A stretch of DNA of 64,000 nt from NCBI GenBank assembly GCA_964057225.1, contig OZ059897.1, forward strand, positions 806,001 through 870,000, written 5' to 3'. Both the position numbers and the translations under genes were made by a program. Below the pieces are notes generated by a model, which saw nothing but the letters and a program-made list of their open reading frames with translations, was not told the DNA's origin and did no database searches. Below, piece after piece: positions 42,501-57,500 of the stretch (the stretch's first letter is position 1; each line of letters opens with the position of its first letter). The DNA is from Auanema rhodensis. Its lineage: Eukaryota > Animalia > Nematoda.

Positions 42501-44990
42501 TTAAACAATCATAACTAATTTTTGTATTGAGCGTTTCTTGATGTATTATAGTGCATTCGATGCGGATTTTTAAGCTGCGTCGATCTGTGTTATCAGATTT
42601 GAGTTAGCTTAAAAATGCACCGAGATATCAACTGATATAAGTTCACACTTATATCCTCGATTTTCACCCTGAAGAATTAATTTTTTCGTTGATTAACATT
42701 GTCCATCGTCTTTGCCTTGAAGAAAGGAATCTAAAAACATCTACTTTTTGTGAAATTATTTTGAAATTTTTTGGCAAAATTTTTGTCAAAATGTTTTTGA
42801 AAGCAATGTTGAGTGTACATGGAAACTCAACATACACTAATGCAACATTTTTCAAACGATCATAACTAATTTTTGTATTGAGCGTTTCTTAATGTATCAT
42901 AGTGCATTCGATGCGGATTTTTAAGCTGCGTCGATCTGTGTTATCAGATTTGAGTTAGCTTAAAAATGCACCGAGATATCAACTGATATAAGTTCACACT
43001 TATATCCTCGATTTTCACCCTGAAGAAATGATTTTTTCGTTGAATAACATTGTCCATCGTCTTCGCCTTGAAATAAGGAATTTAAAAACATCTACTTTTT
43101 GTGAAATTATTTTGAAATTTTTCGGGAAAATTTTTGTCAAAATGTTTTTGGAAGCAATGTTGAGTGTACATGGAAACTCAACATACACTAATGCATAATT
43201 TTTTAAACAATCATAACTAATTTTTGTATTGAGCGTTTCTTAATGTATTATAGTGCATTCGATGCGGATTTTTAAGCTGCTTCGATCTGTGTTATCAGAT
43301 TTGCGCTAGCTTAGAAATGCACCGAGATATCAACTGATATAAGTTCACACTTATATCCTCGATTTTCACCCTGAAGAATTAATTTTTTCGTTGAATAACA
43401 TTGTCCATCGTCTTCGCCTTGAAAAAAGAAATCTAAAAACATCTACTTTTTGTGAAATTATTTTGAAATTTTTCGGGAAAATTTTTGTCAAAATGTTTTT
43501 GGAAGCAATGTTGAGTGTACATGGAAACTCAACATACACTAATGCATAATTTTTTAAACAATCATAACTAATTTTTGTATTGAGCGTTTCTTAATGTATC
43601 ATAGTGCATTCGATGCGGATTTTTAAGCTGCGTCGATCTGTGTTATCAGATTTGAGTTAGCTTAAAAATGCACCGAGATATCAACTGATATAAGTTCACA
43701 CTTATATCCTCGATTTTCACCCTGAAGAAATGATTTTTTCGTTGAATAACATTGTCCATCGTCTTCGCCTTGAAAAAAGAAATCTAAAAACATCTACTTT
43801 TGGTAAAATTATTTTGAAATTTTTCAGGAAAATTTTTGTCAAAATGTTTTTGGAATCAATGTTGAGTGTACATGGAAACTCAACATACACTAATGCATAA
43901 TTTTTTAAACGATCATAACTAATTTTTGTATTGAGCGTTTCTTAATGTATTATAGTGCATTCGATGCGGATTGTTAAGCTGCGTCGATCTGTGTTATCAG
44001 ATTTGAGTTAGCTTAAAAATCCACCGAGATATCAACTGATATAAGTTCACACTTATATCCTCGATTTTCACCCTGAAGAATTAATTTTTTCGTTGATTAA
44101 CATTGTCCATCGTCTTCGCCTTGAAAAAAGAAATCTAAAAACATCTACTTTTCGTAAAATTATCTTGAAATTTCTCAGGAAAATTTTTGTCAAAATGTTT
44201 TTGGAAGCAATGTTGAGTGTACATGGAAACTCAACATACACTAATGCAACATTTTTTAAACAATCATAACTAATTTTTGTATTGAGCGTTTCTTAATGTA
44301 TTATAGTGCATTCGATGCGGATTTTTAAGCTGCTTCGATCTGTGTTATCAGATTTGCGCTAGCTTAGAAATGCACCGAGATATCAACTGATATAAGTTCA
44401 CACTTATATCCTCGATTTTCACCCTGAAGAATTAATTTTTTCGTTGAATAACATTGTCCATCGTCTTCGCCTTGAAAAAAAGAATTTAAAAACATCTACT
44501 TTTTGTGAAATTATTTTGAAATTTTTCGGGAAAATTTTTGTCAAAATGTTTTTGGAAGCAATGTTGAGTGTACATGGAAACTCAACATACACTAATGCAT
44601 CTTTTTTCAAACAATCATAAATACTTTTGTATTGAGCGTTTCTCAATGTAATATAGTGCATTCGAAACGGATTTTTAAGCTGCGTCGATCTGTGTTATCA
44701 GATTTGCGCTAGCTTAAAAATGCACCGAGATATCAACTGATATAAGTTCACACTTATATCCTCGATTTTCACCCTGAAGAATTAATTTTTTTGTTGAATA
44801 ACATTGTCCATCGTCTTCGCCTTGAAAAAAGGAATTTAAAAACATCTACTTTTTGTGAAATTATTTTGAAATTTTTCGGGAAAATTTTTGTCAAAATGTT
44901 TTTGGAAGCAATGTTGAGTGTACATGGAAACTCAACATACACTAATGCATAATTTTTTAAACAATCATAACTAATTTTTGTATTGAGCGT
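36550..44990. repeat. Near-identical tandem duplication of a 12-mer (4210 bp) with internal 8+4 structure
   Basis: 37402/41612, 38454/42664 and 40209/44419 are all 4210 bp apart. The private markers GGATTGTTAA plus AAATCCACC occur at about 36951, 39758, 41161 and 43968. Confidence 0.88.
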
Positions 44991-45049
44991 TTCTTAATGT
45001 ATTATAGTGCATTCGATGCGGATTTTTAAGCTGCGTCGATCTGTGTTAT

Positions 45050-48000
45050 CAGATTTGAGTTAGCTTAAAAATGCACCGAGATATCAACTGATATAAGTTC
45101 ACACTTATATCCTCGATTTTCACCCTGAAGAATTAATTTTTTCGTTGAATAACATTGTCCATCGTCTTTGCCTTGAAAAAAGGAATTTAAAAACATCTAC
45201 TTTTTGTGAAATTATTTTGAAATTTTTCGGGAAAATTTTTGTCAAAATGTTTTTGGAAGCAATGTTGAGTGTACATGGAAACTCAACATACACTAATGCA
45301 TAATTTTTTAAACAATCATAACTAATTTTTGTATTGAGCGTTTCTTGATGTATTATAGTGCATTCGATGCGGATTTTTAAGCTGCGTCGATCTGTGTTAT
45401 CAGATTTGAGTTAGCTTAAAAATGCACCGAGATATCAACTGATATAAGTTCACACTTATATCCTCGATTTTCACCCTGAAGAATTAATTTTTTCGTTGAA
45501 TAACATTGTCCATCGTCTTCGCCTTGAAAAAAGAAATCTAAAAACATCTACTTTTGGTAAAATTATTCTGAAATTTTTCAGGAAAATTTTTGTCAAAATG
45601 TTTTTGGAATCAATGTTGAGTGTACATGGAAACTCAACATACACTAATGCATAATTTTTCAAACAATCATAACTAATTTTTGTATTGAGCGTTTCTTCAT
45701 GTATTATAGTGCATTCGATGCGGATTTTTAAGCTGCGTCGATCTGTGTTATCAGATTTGAGTTAGCTTAAAAATGCACCGAGATATCAACTGATATAAGT
45801 TCACACTTATATCCTCGATTTTCACCCTGAAGAATTAATTTTTTCGTTGATTAACATTGTCCATCGTCTTCGCCTTGAAAAAAGAAATCTAAAAACATCT
45901 ACTTTTCGTAAAATTATCTTGAAATTTCTCAGGAAAATTTTTGTCAAAATGTTTTTGGAAGCAATGTTGAGTGTACATGGAAACTCAACATACACTAATG
46001 CAACATTTTTCAAACGATCATAACTAATTTTTGTATTGAGCGTTTCTGAATGTATTATAGTGCATTCGATGCGGATTTTTAAGCTGCTTCGATCTGTGTT
46101 ATCAGATTTGCGCTAGCTTAAAAATGCACCGAGATATCAACTGATATAAGTTCACACTTATATCCTCGATTTTCACCCTGAAGAATTAATTTTTTCGTTG
46201 ATTAACATTGTCCATCGTCTTTGCCTTGAAAAAAAGAATTTAAAAACATCTACTTTTTGTGAAATTATTTTGAAATTTTTCGGGAAAATTTTTGTCAAAA
46301 TGTTTTTGGAAGCAATGTTGAGTGTACATGGAAACTCAACATACACTAATGCATCTTTTTTCAAACAATCATAAATACTTTTGTATTGAGCGTTTCTTAA
46401 TGTATTATAGTGCATTCGATGCGGATTTTTAAGCTGCTTCGATCTGTGTTATCAGATTTGAGTTAGCTTAAAAATGCACCGAGATATCAACTGATATAAG
46501 TTCACACTTATATCCTCGATTTTCACCCTGAAGAATTAATTTTTTCGTTGATTAACATTGTCCATCGTCTTTGCCTTGAAGAAAGGAATCTAAAAACATC
46601 TACTTTTTGTGAAATTATTTTGAAATTTTTTCGCAAAATTTTTGTCAAAATGTTTTTGAAAGCAATGTTGAGTGTACATGGAAACTCAACATACACTAAT
46701 GCAACATTTTTCAAACGATCATAACTAATTTTTGTATTGAGCGTTTCTTTATGTATTATAGTGCATTCGATGCGGATTTTTAAGCTGCGTCGATCTGTGT
46801 TATCAGATTTGAGTTAGCTTAAAAATGCACCGAGATATCAACTGATATAAGTTCACACTTATATCCTCGATTTTCACCCTGAAGAATTAATTTTTTCGTT
46901 GAATAACATTGTCCATCGTCTTTGCCTTGAAAAAAGGAATTTAAAAACATCTACTTTTTGTGAAATTATTTTGAAATTTTTCGGGAAAATTTTTGTCAAA
47001 ATGTTTTTGGAAGCAATGTTGAGTGTACATGGAAACTCAACATACACTAATGCATAATTTTTTAAACAATCATAACTAATTTTTGTATTGAGCGTTTCTT
47101 GATGTATTATAGTGCATTCGATGCGGATTTTTAAGCTGCGTCGATCTGTGTTATCAGATTTGAGTTAGCTTAAAAATGCACCGAGATATCAACTGATATA
47201 AGTTCACACTTATATCCTCGATTTTCACCCTGAAGAATTAATTTTTTCGTTGAATAACATTGTCCATCGTCTTCGCCTTGAAAAAAGAAATCTAAAAACA
47301 TCTACTTTTGGTAAAATTATTCTGAAATTTTTCAGGAAAATTTTTGTCAAAATGTTTTTGGAATCAATGTTGAGTGTACATGGAAACTCAACATACACTA
47401 ATGCATAATTTTTTAAACGATCATAACTAATTTTTGTATTGAGCGTTTCTTCATGTATTATAGTGCATTCGATGCGGATTTTTAAGCTGCGTCGATCTGT
47501 GTTATCAGATTTGAGTTAGCTTAAAAATGCACCGAGATATCAACTGATATAAGTTCACACTTATATCCTCGATTTTCACCCTGAAGAATTAATTTTTTCG
47601 TTGATTAACATTGTCCATCGTCTTCGCCTTGAAAAAAGAAATCTAAAAACATCTACTTTTCGTAAAATTATCTTGAAATTTCTCAGGAAAATTTTTGTCA
47701 AAATGTTTTTGGAAGCAATGTTGAGTGTACATGGAAACTCAACATACACTAATGCAACATTTTTCAAACGATCATAACTAATTTTTGTATTGAGCGTTTC
47801 TGAATGTATTATAGTGCATTCGATGCGGATTTTTAAGCTGCTTCGATCTGTGTTATCAGATTTGCGCTAGCTTAAAAATGCACCGAGATATCAACTGATA
47901 TAAGTTCACACTTATATCCTCGATTTTCACCCTGAAGAATTAATTTTTTCGTTGATTAACATTGTCCATCGTCTTTGCCTTGAAAAAAAGAATTTAAAAA

Positions 48001-48620
48001 CATCTACTTTTTGTGAAATTATTTTGAAATTTTTCGGGAAAATTTTTGTCAAAATGTTTTTGGAAGCAATGTTGAGTGTACATGGAAACTCAACATACAC
48101 TAATGCATCTTTTTTCAAACAATCATAAATACTTTTGTATTGAGCGTTTCTTAATGTATTATAGTGCATTCGATGCGGATTTTTAAGCTGCTTCGATCTG
48201 TGTTATCAGATTTGAGTTAGCTTAAAAATGCACCGAGATATCAACTGATATAAGTTCACACTTATATCCTCGATTTTCACCCTGAAGAATTAATTTTTTC
48301 GTTGATTAACATTGTCCATCGTCTTTGCCTTGAAGAAAGGAATCTAAAAACATCTACTTTTTGTGAAATTATTTTGAAATTTTTTCGCAAAATTTTTGTC
48401 AAAATGTTTTTGAAAGCAATGTTGAGTGTACATGGAAACTCAACATACACTAATGCAACATTTTTCAAACGATCATAACTAATTTTTGTATTGAGCGTTT
48501 CTTTATGTATTATAGTGCATTCGATGCGGATTTTTAAGCTGCGTCGATCTGTGTTATCAGATTTGAGTTAGCTTAAAAATGCACCGAGATATCAACTGAT
48601 ATAAGTTCACACTTATATCC
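45050..48620. repeat. 5-mer (1754 bp) tandem duplication
   Basis: Matching pairs are 45822/47576, 46173/47927 and 46523/48277. The private allele TTTTTCGCAAAA is in both copies. Confidence 0.85.
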
Positions 48621-51600
48621 TCGATTTTCACCCTGAAGAATTAATTTTTTCGTTGATTAACATTGTCCATCGTCTTTGCCTTGAAGAAAGGAATCTAAAA
48701 ACATCTACTTTTTGTGAAATTATTTTGAAATTTTTTGGCAAAATTTTTGTCAAAATGTTTTTGAAAGCAATGTTGAGTGTACATGGAAACTCAACATACA
48801 CTAATGCAACATTTTTCAAACGATCATAACTAATTTTTGTATTGAGCGTTTCTGAATGTATTATAGTGCATTCGATGCGGATTTTTAAGCTGCTTCGATC
48901 TGTGTTATCAGATTTGCGCTAGCTTAAAAATGAACCGAGATATCAACTGATATAAGTTCACACTTATATCCTCGATTTTCACCCTGAAGAATTAATTTTT
49001 TCGTTGAATAACATTGTCCATCGTCTTCGCCTTGAAAAAAGAAATCTAAAAACATCTACTTTTAGTAAAATTATCTTGAAATTTTTCAGGAAAATTTTTG
49101 TCAAAATGTTTTTGGAAGCAATGTTGAGTGTACATGGAAACTCAACATACACTAATGCATAATTTTTTAAACAATCATAACTAATTTTTGTATTGAGCGT
49201 TTCTTAATGTATCATAGTGCATTCGATGCGGATTTTTAAGCTGCGTCGATCTGTGTTATCAGATTTGAGTTAGCTTAAAAATGCACCGAGATATCAACTG
49301 ATATAAGTTCACACTTATATCCTCGATTTTCACCCTGAAGAAATGATTTTTTCGTTGAATAACATTGTCCATCGTCTTCGCCTTGAAAAAAGAAATCTAA
49401 AAACATCTACTTTTGGTAAAATTATTTTGAAATTTTTCAGGAAAATTTTTGTCAAAATGTTTTTGGAATCAATGTTGAGTGTACATGGAAACTCAACATA
49501 CACTAATGCATAATTTTTTAAACGATCATAACTAATTTTTGTATTGAGCGTTTCTTAATGTATTATAGTGCATTCGATGCGGATTTTTAAGCTGCGTCGA
49601 TCTGTGTTATCAGATTTGAGTTAGCTTAAAAATGCACCGAGATATCAACTGATATAAGTTCACACTTATATCCTCGATTTTCACCCTGAAGAATTAATTT
49701 TTTCGTTGATTAACATTGTCCATCGTCTTCGCCTTGAAAAAAGAAATCTAAAAACATCTACTTTTCGTAAAATTATCTTGAAATTTCTCAGGAAAATTTT
49801 TGTCAAAATGTTTTTGGAAGCAATGTTGAGTGTACATGGAAACTCAACATACACTAATGCAACATTTTTTAAACAATCATAACTAATTTTTGTATTGAGC
49901 GTTTCTTAATGTATTATAGTGCATTCGATGCGGATTTTTAAGCTGCTTCGATCTGTGTTATCAGATTTGCGCTAGCTTAGAAATGCACCGAGATATCAAC
50001 TGATATAAGTTCACACTTATATCCTCGATTTTCACCCTGAAGAATTAATTTTTTCGTTGAATAACATTGTCCATCGTCTTCGCCTTGAAAAAAAGAATTT
50101 AAAAACATCTACTTTTTGTGAAATTATTTTGAAATTTTTCGGGAAAATTTTTGTCAAAATGTTTTTGGAAGCAATGTTGAGTGTACATGGAAACTCAACA
50201 TACACTAATGCATCTTTTTTCAAACAATCATAAATACTTTTGTATTGAGCGTTTCTCAATGTAATATAGTGCATTCGAAACGGATTTTTAAGCTGCGTCG
50301 ATCTGTGTTATCAGATTTGCGCTAGCTTAAAAATGCACCGAGATATCAACTGATATAAGTTCACACTTATATCCTCGATTTTCACCCTGAAGAATTAATT
50401 TTTTTGTTGAATAACATTGTCCATCGTCTTCGCCTTGAAAAAAGGAATTTAAAAACATCTACTTTTTGTGAAATTATTTTGAAATTTTTCGGGAAAATTT
50501 TTGTCAAAATGTTTTTGGAAGCAATGTTGAGTGTACATGGAAACTCAACATACACTAATGCATAATTTTTTAAACAATCATAACTAATTTTTGTATTGAG
50601 CGTTTCTTAATGTATTATAGTGCATTCGATGCGGATTTTTAAGCTGCGTCGATCTGTGTTATCAGATTTGCGCTAGCTTAAAAATGCACCGAGATATCAA
50701 CTGATATAAGTTCACACTTATATCCTCGATTTTCACCCTGAAGAATTAATTTTTTCGTTGAATAACATTGTCCATCGTCTTTGCCTTGAAAAAAGGAATT
50801 TAAAAACATCTACTTTTTGTGAAATTATTTTGAAATTTTTCGGGAAAATTTTTGTCAAAATGTTTTTGGAAGCAATGTTGAGTGTACATGGAAACTCAAC
50901 ATACACTAATGCATAATTTTTTAAACAATCATAACTAATTTTTGTATTGAGCGTTTCTTGATGTATTATAGTGCATTCGATGCGGATTTTTAAGCTGCGT
51001 CGATCTGTGTTATCAGATTTGAGTTAGCTTAAAAATGCACCGAGATATCAACTGATATAAGTTCACACTTATATCCTCGATTTTCACCCTGAAGAATTAA
51101 TTTTTTCGTTGAATAACATTGTCCATCGTCTTCGCCTTGAAAAAAGAAATCTAAAAACATCTACTTTTGGTAAAATTATTCTGAAATTTTTCAGGAAAAT
51201 TTTTGTCAAAATGTTTTTGGAATCAATGTTGAGTGTACATGGAAACTCAACATACACTAATGCATAATTTTTTAAACGATCATAACTAATTTTTGTATTG
51301 AGCGTTTCTTCATGTATTATAGTGCATTCGATGCGGATTTTTAAGCTGCGTCGATCTGTGTTATCAGATTTGAGTTAGCTTAAAAATGCACCGAGATATC
51401 AACTGATATAAGTTCACACTTATATCCTCGATTTTCACCCTGAAGAATTAATTTTTTCGTTGATTAACATTGTCCATCGTCTTCGCCTTGAAAAAAGAAA
51501 TCTAAAAACATCTACTTTTCGTAAAATTATCTTGAAATTTCTCAGGAAAATTTTTGTCAAAATGTTTTTGGAAGCAATGTTGAGTGTACATGGAAACTCA

Positions 51601-54590
51601 ACATACACTAATGCAACATTTTTCAAACGATCATAACTAATTTTTGTATTGAGCGTTTCTGAATGTATTATAGTGCATTCGATGCGGATTTTTAAGCTGC
51701 TTCGATCTGTGTTATCAGATTTGCGCTAGCTTAAAAATGCACCGAGATATCAACTGATATAAGTTCACACTTATATCCTCGATTTTCACCCTGAAGAATT
51801 AATTTTTTCGTTGATTAACATTGTCCATCGTCTTTGCCTTGAAAAAAAGAATTTAAAAACATCTACTTTTTGTGAAATTATTTTGAAATTTTTCGGGAAA
51901 ATTTTTGTCAAAATGTTTTTGGAAGCAATGTTGAGTGTACATGGAAACTCAACATACACTAATGCATCTTTTTTCAAACAATCATAAATACTTTTGTATT
52001 GAGCGTTTCTTAATGTATTATAGTGCATTCGATGCGGATTTTTAAGCTGCTTCGATCTGTGTTATCAGATTTGCGCTAGCTTAGAAATGCACCGAGATAT
52101 CAACTGATATAAGTTCACACTTATATCCTCGATTTTCACCCTGAAGAATTAATTTTTTCGTTGAATAACATTGTCCATCGTCTTCGCCTTGAAAAAAAGA
52201 ATTTAAAAACATCTACTTTTTGTGAAATTATTTTGAAATTTTTCGGGAAAATTTTTGTCAAAATGTTTTTGGAAGCAATGTTGAGTGTACATGGAAACTC
52301 AACATACACTAATGCATCTTTTTTCAAACAATCATAAATACTTTTGTATTGAGCGTTTCTCAATGTAATATAGTGCATTCGAAACGGATTTTTAAGCTGC
52401 GTCGATCTGTGTTATCAGATTTGCGCTAGCTTAAAAATGCACCGAGATATCAACTGTTATAAGTTCACACTTATATCCTCGATTTTCACCCTGAAGAATT
52501 AATTTTTTTGTTGAATAACATTGTCCATCGTCTTCGCCTTGAAAAAAGGAATTTAAAAACATCTACTTTTTGTGAAATTATTTTGAAATTTTTCGGGAAA
52601 ATTTTTGTCAAAATGTTTTTGGAAGCAATGTTGAGTGTACATGGAAACTCAACATACACTAATGCATAATTTTTTAAACAATCATAACTAATTTTGTATT
52701 GAGCGTTTCTCAATGTATTATAGTGCATTCGATGCGGATTTTTAAGCTGCGTCGATCTGTGTTATCAGATTTGAGTTAGCTTAAAAATGCACCGAGATAT
52801 CAACTGATATAAGTTCACACTTATATCCTCGATTTTCACCCTGAAGAATTAATTTTTTCGTTGAATAACATTGTCCATCGTCTTCGCCTTGAAAAAAGGA
52901 ATTTAAAAACATCTACTTTTTGTGAAATTATTTTGAAATTTTTCGGGAAAATTTTTGTCAAAATGTTTTTGGAAGCAATGTTGAGTGTACATGGAAACTC
53001 AACATACACTAATGCATAATTTTTTAAACAATCATAACTAATTTTTGTATTGAACGTTTCTTTATGTATTATAGTGCATTCGATGCGGATTTTTAAGCTG
53101 CGTCGATCTGTGTTATCAGATTTGAGTTAGCTTAAAAATGCACCGAGATATCAACTGATATAAGTTCACACTTATATCCTCGATTTTCACCCTGAAGAAT
53201 TAATTTTTTCGTTGAATAACATTGTCCATCGTCTTCGCCTTGAAAAAAGAAATCTAAAAACATCTACTTTTGGTAAAATTATTCTGAAATTTTTCAGGAA
53301 AATTTTTGTCAAAATGTTTTTGGAATCAATGTTGAGTGTACATGGAAACTCAACATACACTAATGCATAATTTTTTAAACGATCATAACTAATTTTTGTA
53401 TTGAGCGTTTCTTTATGTATTATAGTGCATTCGATGCGGATTTTTAAGCTGCTTCGATCTGTGTTATCAGATTTGAGTTAGCTTAAAAATGCACCGAGAT
53501 ATCAACTGATATAAGTTCACACATATATCCTCGATTTTCACCCTGAAGAATTAATTTTTTCGTTGATTAACATTGTCCATCGTCTTTGCCTTGAAAAAAG
53601 GAATCTAAAAACATCTAATTTTTGTGAAATTATTTTGAAATTTTTTGGCAAAATTTTTGTCAAAATGTTTTTGAAAGCAATGTTGAGTGTACATGGAAAC
53701 TCAACATACACTAATGCAACATTTTTCAAACGATCATAACTAATTTTTGTTTTGAGCGTTTCTGAATGTATTATAGTGCATTCGATGCGGATTTTTAAGC
53801 TGCTTCGATCTGTGTTATCAGATTTGCGCTAGCTTAAAAATGCACCGAGATATCAACTGATATAAGTTCACACTTATATCCTCGATTTTCACCCTGAAGA
53901 ATTAATTTTTTCGTTGATTAACATTGTCCATCGTCTTTGCCTTGAAAAAAGGAATCTAAAAACATCTACTTTTTGTGAAATTATTTTGAAATTTTTTGGC
54001 AAAATTTTTGTCAAAATGTTTTTGAAAGCAATGTTGAGTGTACATGGAAACTCAACATACACTAATGCATAATTTTTTAAACAATCATAACTAATTTTTG
54101 TATTGAGCGTTTCTTAATGTATCATAGTGCATTCGATGCGGATTTTTAAGCTGCTTCGATCTGTGTTATCAGATTTGCGCTAGCTTAAAAATGAACCGAG
54201 ATATCAACTGATATAAGTTCACACTTATATCCTCGATTTTCACCCTGAAGAATTAATTTTTTCGTTGAATAACATTGTCCATCGTCTTCGCCTTGAAAAA
54301 AGAAATCTAAAAACATCTACTTTTAGTAAAATTATCTTGAAATTTTTCAGGAAAATTTTTGTCAAAATGTTTTTGGAAGCAATGTTGAGTGTACATGGAA
54401 ACTCAACATACACTAATGCATAATTTTTTAAACAATCATAACTAATTTTTGTATTGAGCGTTTCTTAATGTATCATAGTGCATTCGATGCGGATTTTTAA
54501 GCTGCGTCGATCTGTGTTATCAGATTTGAGTTAGCTTAAAAATGCACCGAGATATCAACTGATATAAGTTCACACTTATATCCTCGATTT

Positions 54591-57500
54591 TCACCCTGAA
54601 GAATTAATTTTTTCGTTGAATAACATTGTCCATCGTCTTCGCCTTGAAAAAAGAAATCTAAAAACATCTACTTTTGGTAAAATTATTTTGAAATTTTTCA
54701 GGAAAATTTTTGTCAAAATGTTTTTGGAATCAATGTTGAGTGTACATGGAAACTCAACATACACTAATGCATAATTTTTTAAACGATCATAACTAATTTT
54801 TGTATTGAGCGTTTCTTAATGTATTATAGTACATTCGATGCGGATTTTTAAGCTGCGTCGATCTGTGTTATCAGATTTGAGTTAGCTTAAAAATGCACCG
54901 AGATATCAACTGATATAAGTTCACACTTATATCCTCGATTTTCACCCTGAAGAATTAATTTTTTCGTTGAATAACATTGTCCATCGTCTTCGCCTTGAAA
55001 AAAGGAATCTAAAAACATCTACTTTTTGTGAAATTATTTTGAAATTTTTTGGCAAAATTTTTGTCATAATGTTTTTGAAAGCAATGTTGAGTGTACATGG
55101 AAACTCAACATACACTAATGCAACATTTTTCAAACGATCATAACTAATTTTTGTATTGAGCGTTTCTGAATGTATTATAGTGCATTCGATGCGGATTTTT
55201 AAGCTGCTTCGATCTGTGTTATCAGATTTGCGCTAGCTTAAAAATGCACCGAGATATCAACTGATATAAGTTCACACTTATATCCTCGATTTTCACCCTG
55301 AAGAATTAATTTTTTCGTTGATTAACATTGTCCATCGTCTTTGCCTTGAAAAAAGGAATCTAAAAACATCTACTTTTTGTGAAATTATTTTGAAATTTTT
55401 TGGCAAAATTTTTGTCAAAATGTTTTTGAAAGCAATGTTGAGTGTACATGGAAACTCAACATACACTAATGCAACATTTTTCAAACGATCATAACTAATT
55501 TTTGTATTGAGCGTTTCTTAATGTATTATAGTGCATTCGATGCGGATTTTTAAGCTGCTTCGATCTGTGTTATCAGATTTGCGCTAGCTTAAAAATGAAC
55601 CGAGATATCAACTGATATAAGTTCACACTTATATCCTCGATTTTCACCCTGAAGAATTAATTTTTTCGTTGAATAACATTGTCCATCGTCTTCGCCTTGA
55701 AAAAAGAAATCTAAAAACATCTACTTTTGGTAAAATTATTTTGAAATTTTTCAGGAAAATTTTTGTCAAAATGTTTTTGGAATCAATGTTGAGTGTACAT
55801 GGAAACTCAACATACACTAATGCATAATTTTTTAAACGATCATAACTAATTTTTGTATTGAGCGTTTCTTAATGTATTATAGTACATTCGATGCGGATTT
55901 TTAAGCTGCGTCGATCTGTGTTATCAGATTTGAGTTAGCTTAAAAATGCACCGAGATATCAACTGATATAAGTTCACACTTATATCCTCGATTTTCACCC
56001 TGAAGAATTAATTTTTTCGTTGAATAACATTGTCCATCGTCTTCGCCTTGAAAAAAGGAATCTAAAAACATCTACTTTTTGTGAAATTATTTTGAAATTT
56101 TTTGGCAAAATTTTTGTCATAATGTTTTTGAAAGCAATGTTGAGTGTACATGGAAACTCAACATACACTAATGCAACATTTTTCAAACGATCATAACTAA
56201 TTTTTGTATTGAGCGTTTCTGAATGTATTATAGTGCATTCGATGCGGATTTTTAAGCTGCTTCGATCTGTGTTATCAGATTTGCGCTAGCTTAAAAATGC
56301 ACCGAGATATCAACTGATATAAGTTCACACTTATATCCTCGATTTTCACCCTGAAGAATTAATTTTTTCGTTGATTAACATTGTCCATCGTCTTTGCCTT
56401 GAAAAAAGGAATCTAAAAACATCTACTTTTTGTGAAATTATTTTGAAATTTTTTGGCAAAATTTTTGTCAAAATGTTTTTGAAAGCAATGTTGAGTGTAC
56501 ATGGAAACTCAACATACACTAATGCAACATTTTTCAAACGATCATAACTAATTTTTGTATTGAGCGTTTCTTAATGTATTATAGTACATTCGATGCGGAT
56601 TTTTAAGCTGCGTCGATCTGTGTTATCAGATTTGAGTTAGCTTAAAAATGCACCGAGATATCAACTGATATAAGTTCACACTTATATCCTCGATTTTCAC
56701 CCTGAAGAATTAATTTTTTCGTTGAATAACATTGTCCATCGTCTTCGCCTTGAAAAAAGGAATCTAAAAACATCTACTTTTGGTAAAATTATTTTGAAAT
56801 TTTTCAGGAAAATTTTTGTCAAAATGTTTTTGGAATCAATGTTGAGTGTACATGGAAACTCAACATACACTAATGCATAATTTTTTAAACGATCATAACT
56901 AATTTTTGTATTGAGCGTTTCTTAATGTATTATAGTACATTCGATGCGGATTTTTAAGCTGCGTCGATCTGTGTTATCAGATTTGAGTTAGCTTAAAAAT
57001 GCACCGAGATATCAACTGATATAAGTTCACACTTATATCCTCGATTTTCACCCTGAAGAATTAATTTTTTCGTTGAATAACATTGTCCATCGTCTTCGCC
57101 TTGAAAAAAGGAATCTAAAAACATCTACTTTTTGTGAAATTATTTTGAAATTTTTTGGCAAAATTTTTGTCATAATGTTTTTGAAAGCAATGTTGAGTGT
57201 ACATGGAAACTCAACATACACTAATGCAACATTTTTCAAACGATCATAACTAATTTTTGTATTGAGCGTTTCTGAATGTATTATAGTGCATTCGATGCGG
57301 ATTTTTAAGCTGCTTCGATCTGTGTTATCAGATTTGCGCTAGCTTAAAAATGCACCGAGATATCAACTGATATAAGTTCACACTTATATCCTCGATTTTC
57401 ACCCTGAAGAATTAATTTTTTCGTTGATTAACATTGTCCATCGTCTTTGCCTTGAAAAAAGGAATCTAAAAACATCTACTTTTTGTGAAATTATTTTGAA

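Larger units (their letters stand above)
27998..52835. repeat. Zone containing thirteen 350-bp monomers (1-bp deletion)
   Basis: Twelve carry CATAAATACTTTTGT (monomers at 27998, 29752, 30453, 37402, 40209, 41612, 44419, 46173, 47927, 50032, 51786, 52136). One independent event, ACTAATTTTGT, is in the monomer at 52486. These produce the 80-aa ORFs. Confidence 0.92.
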
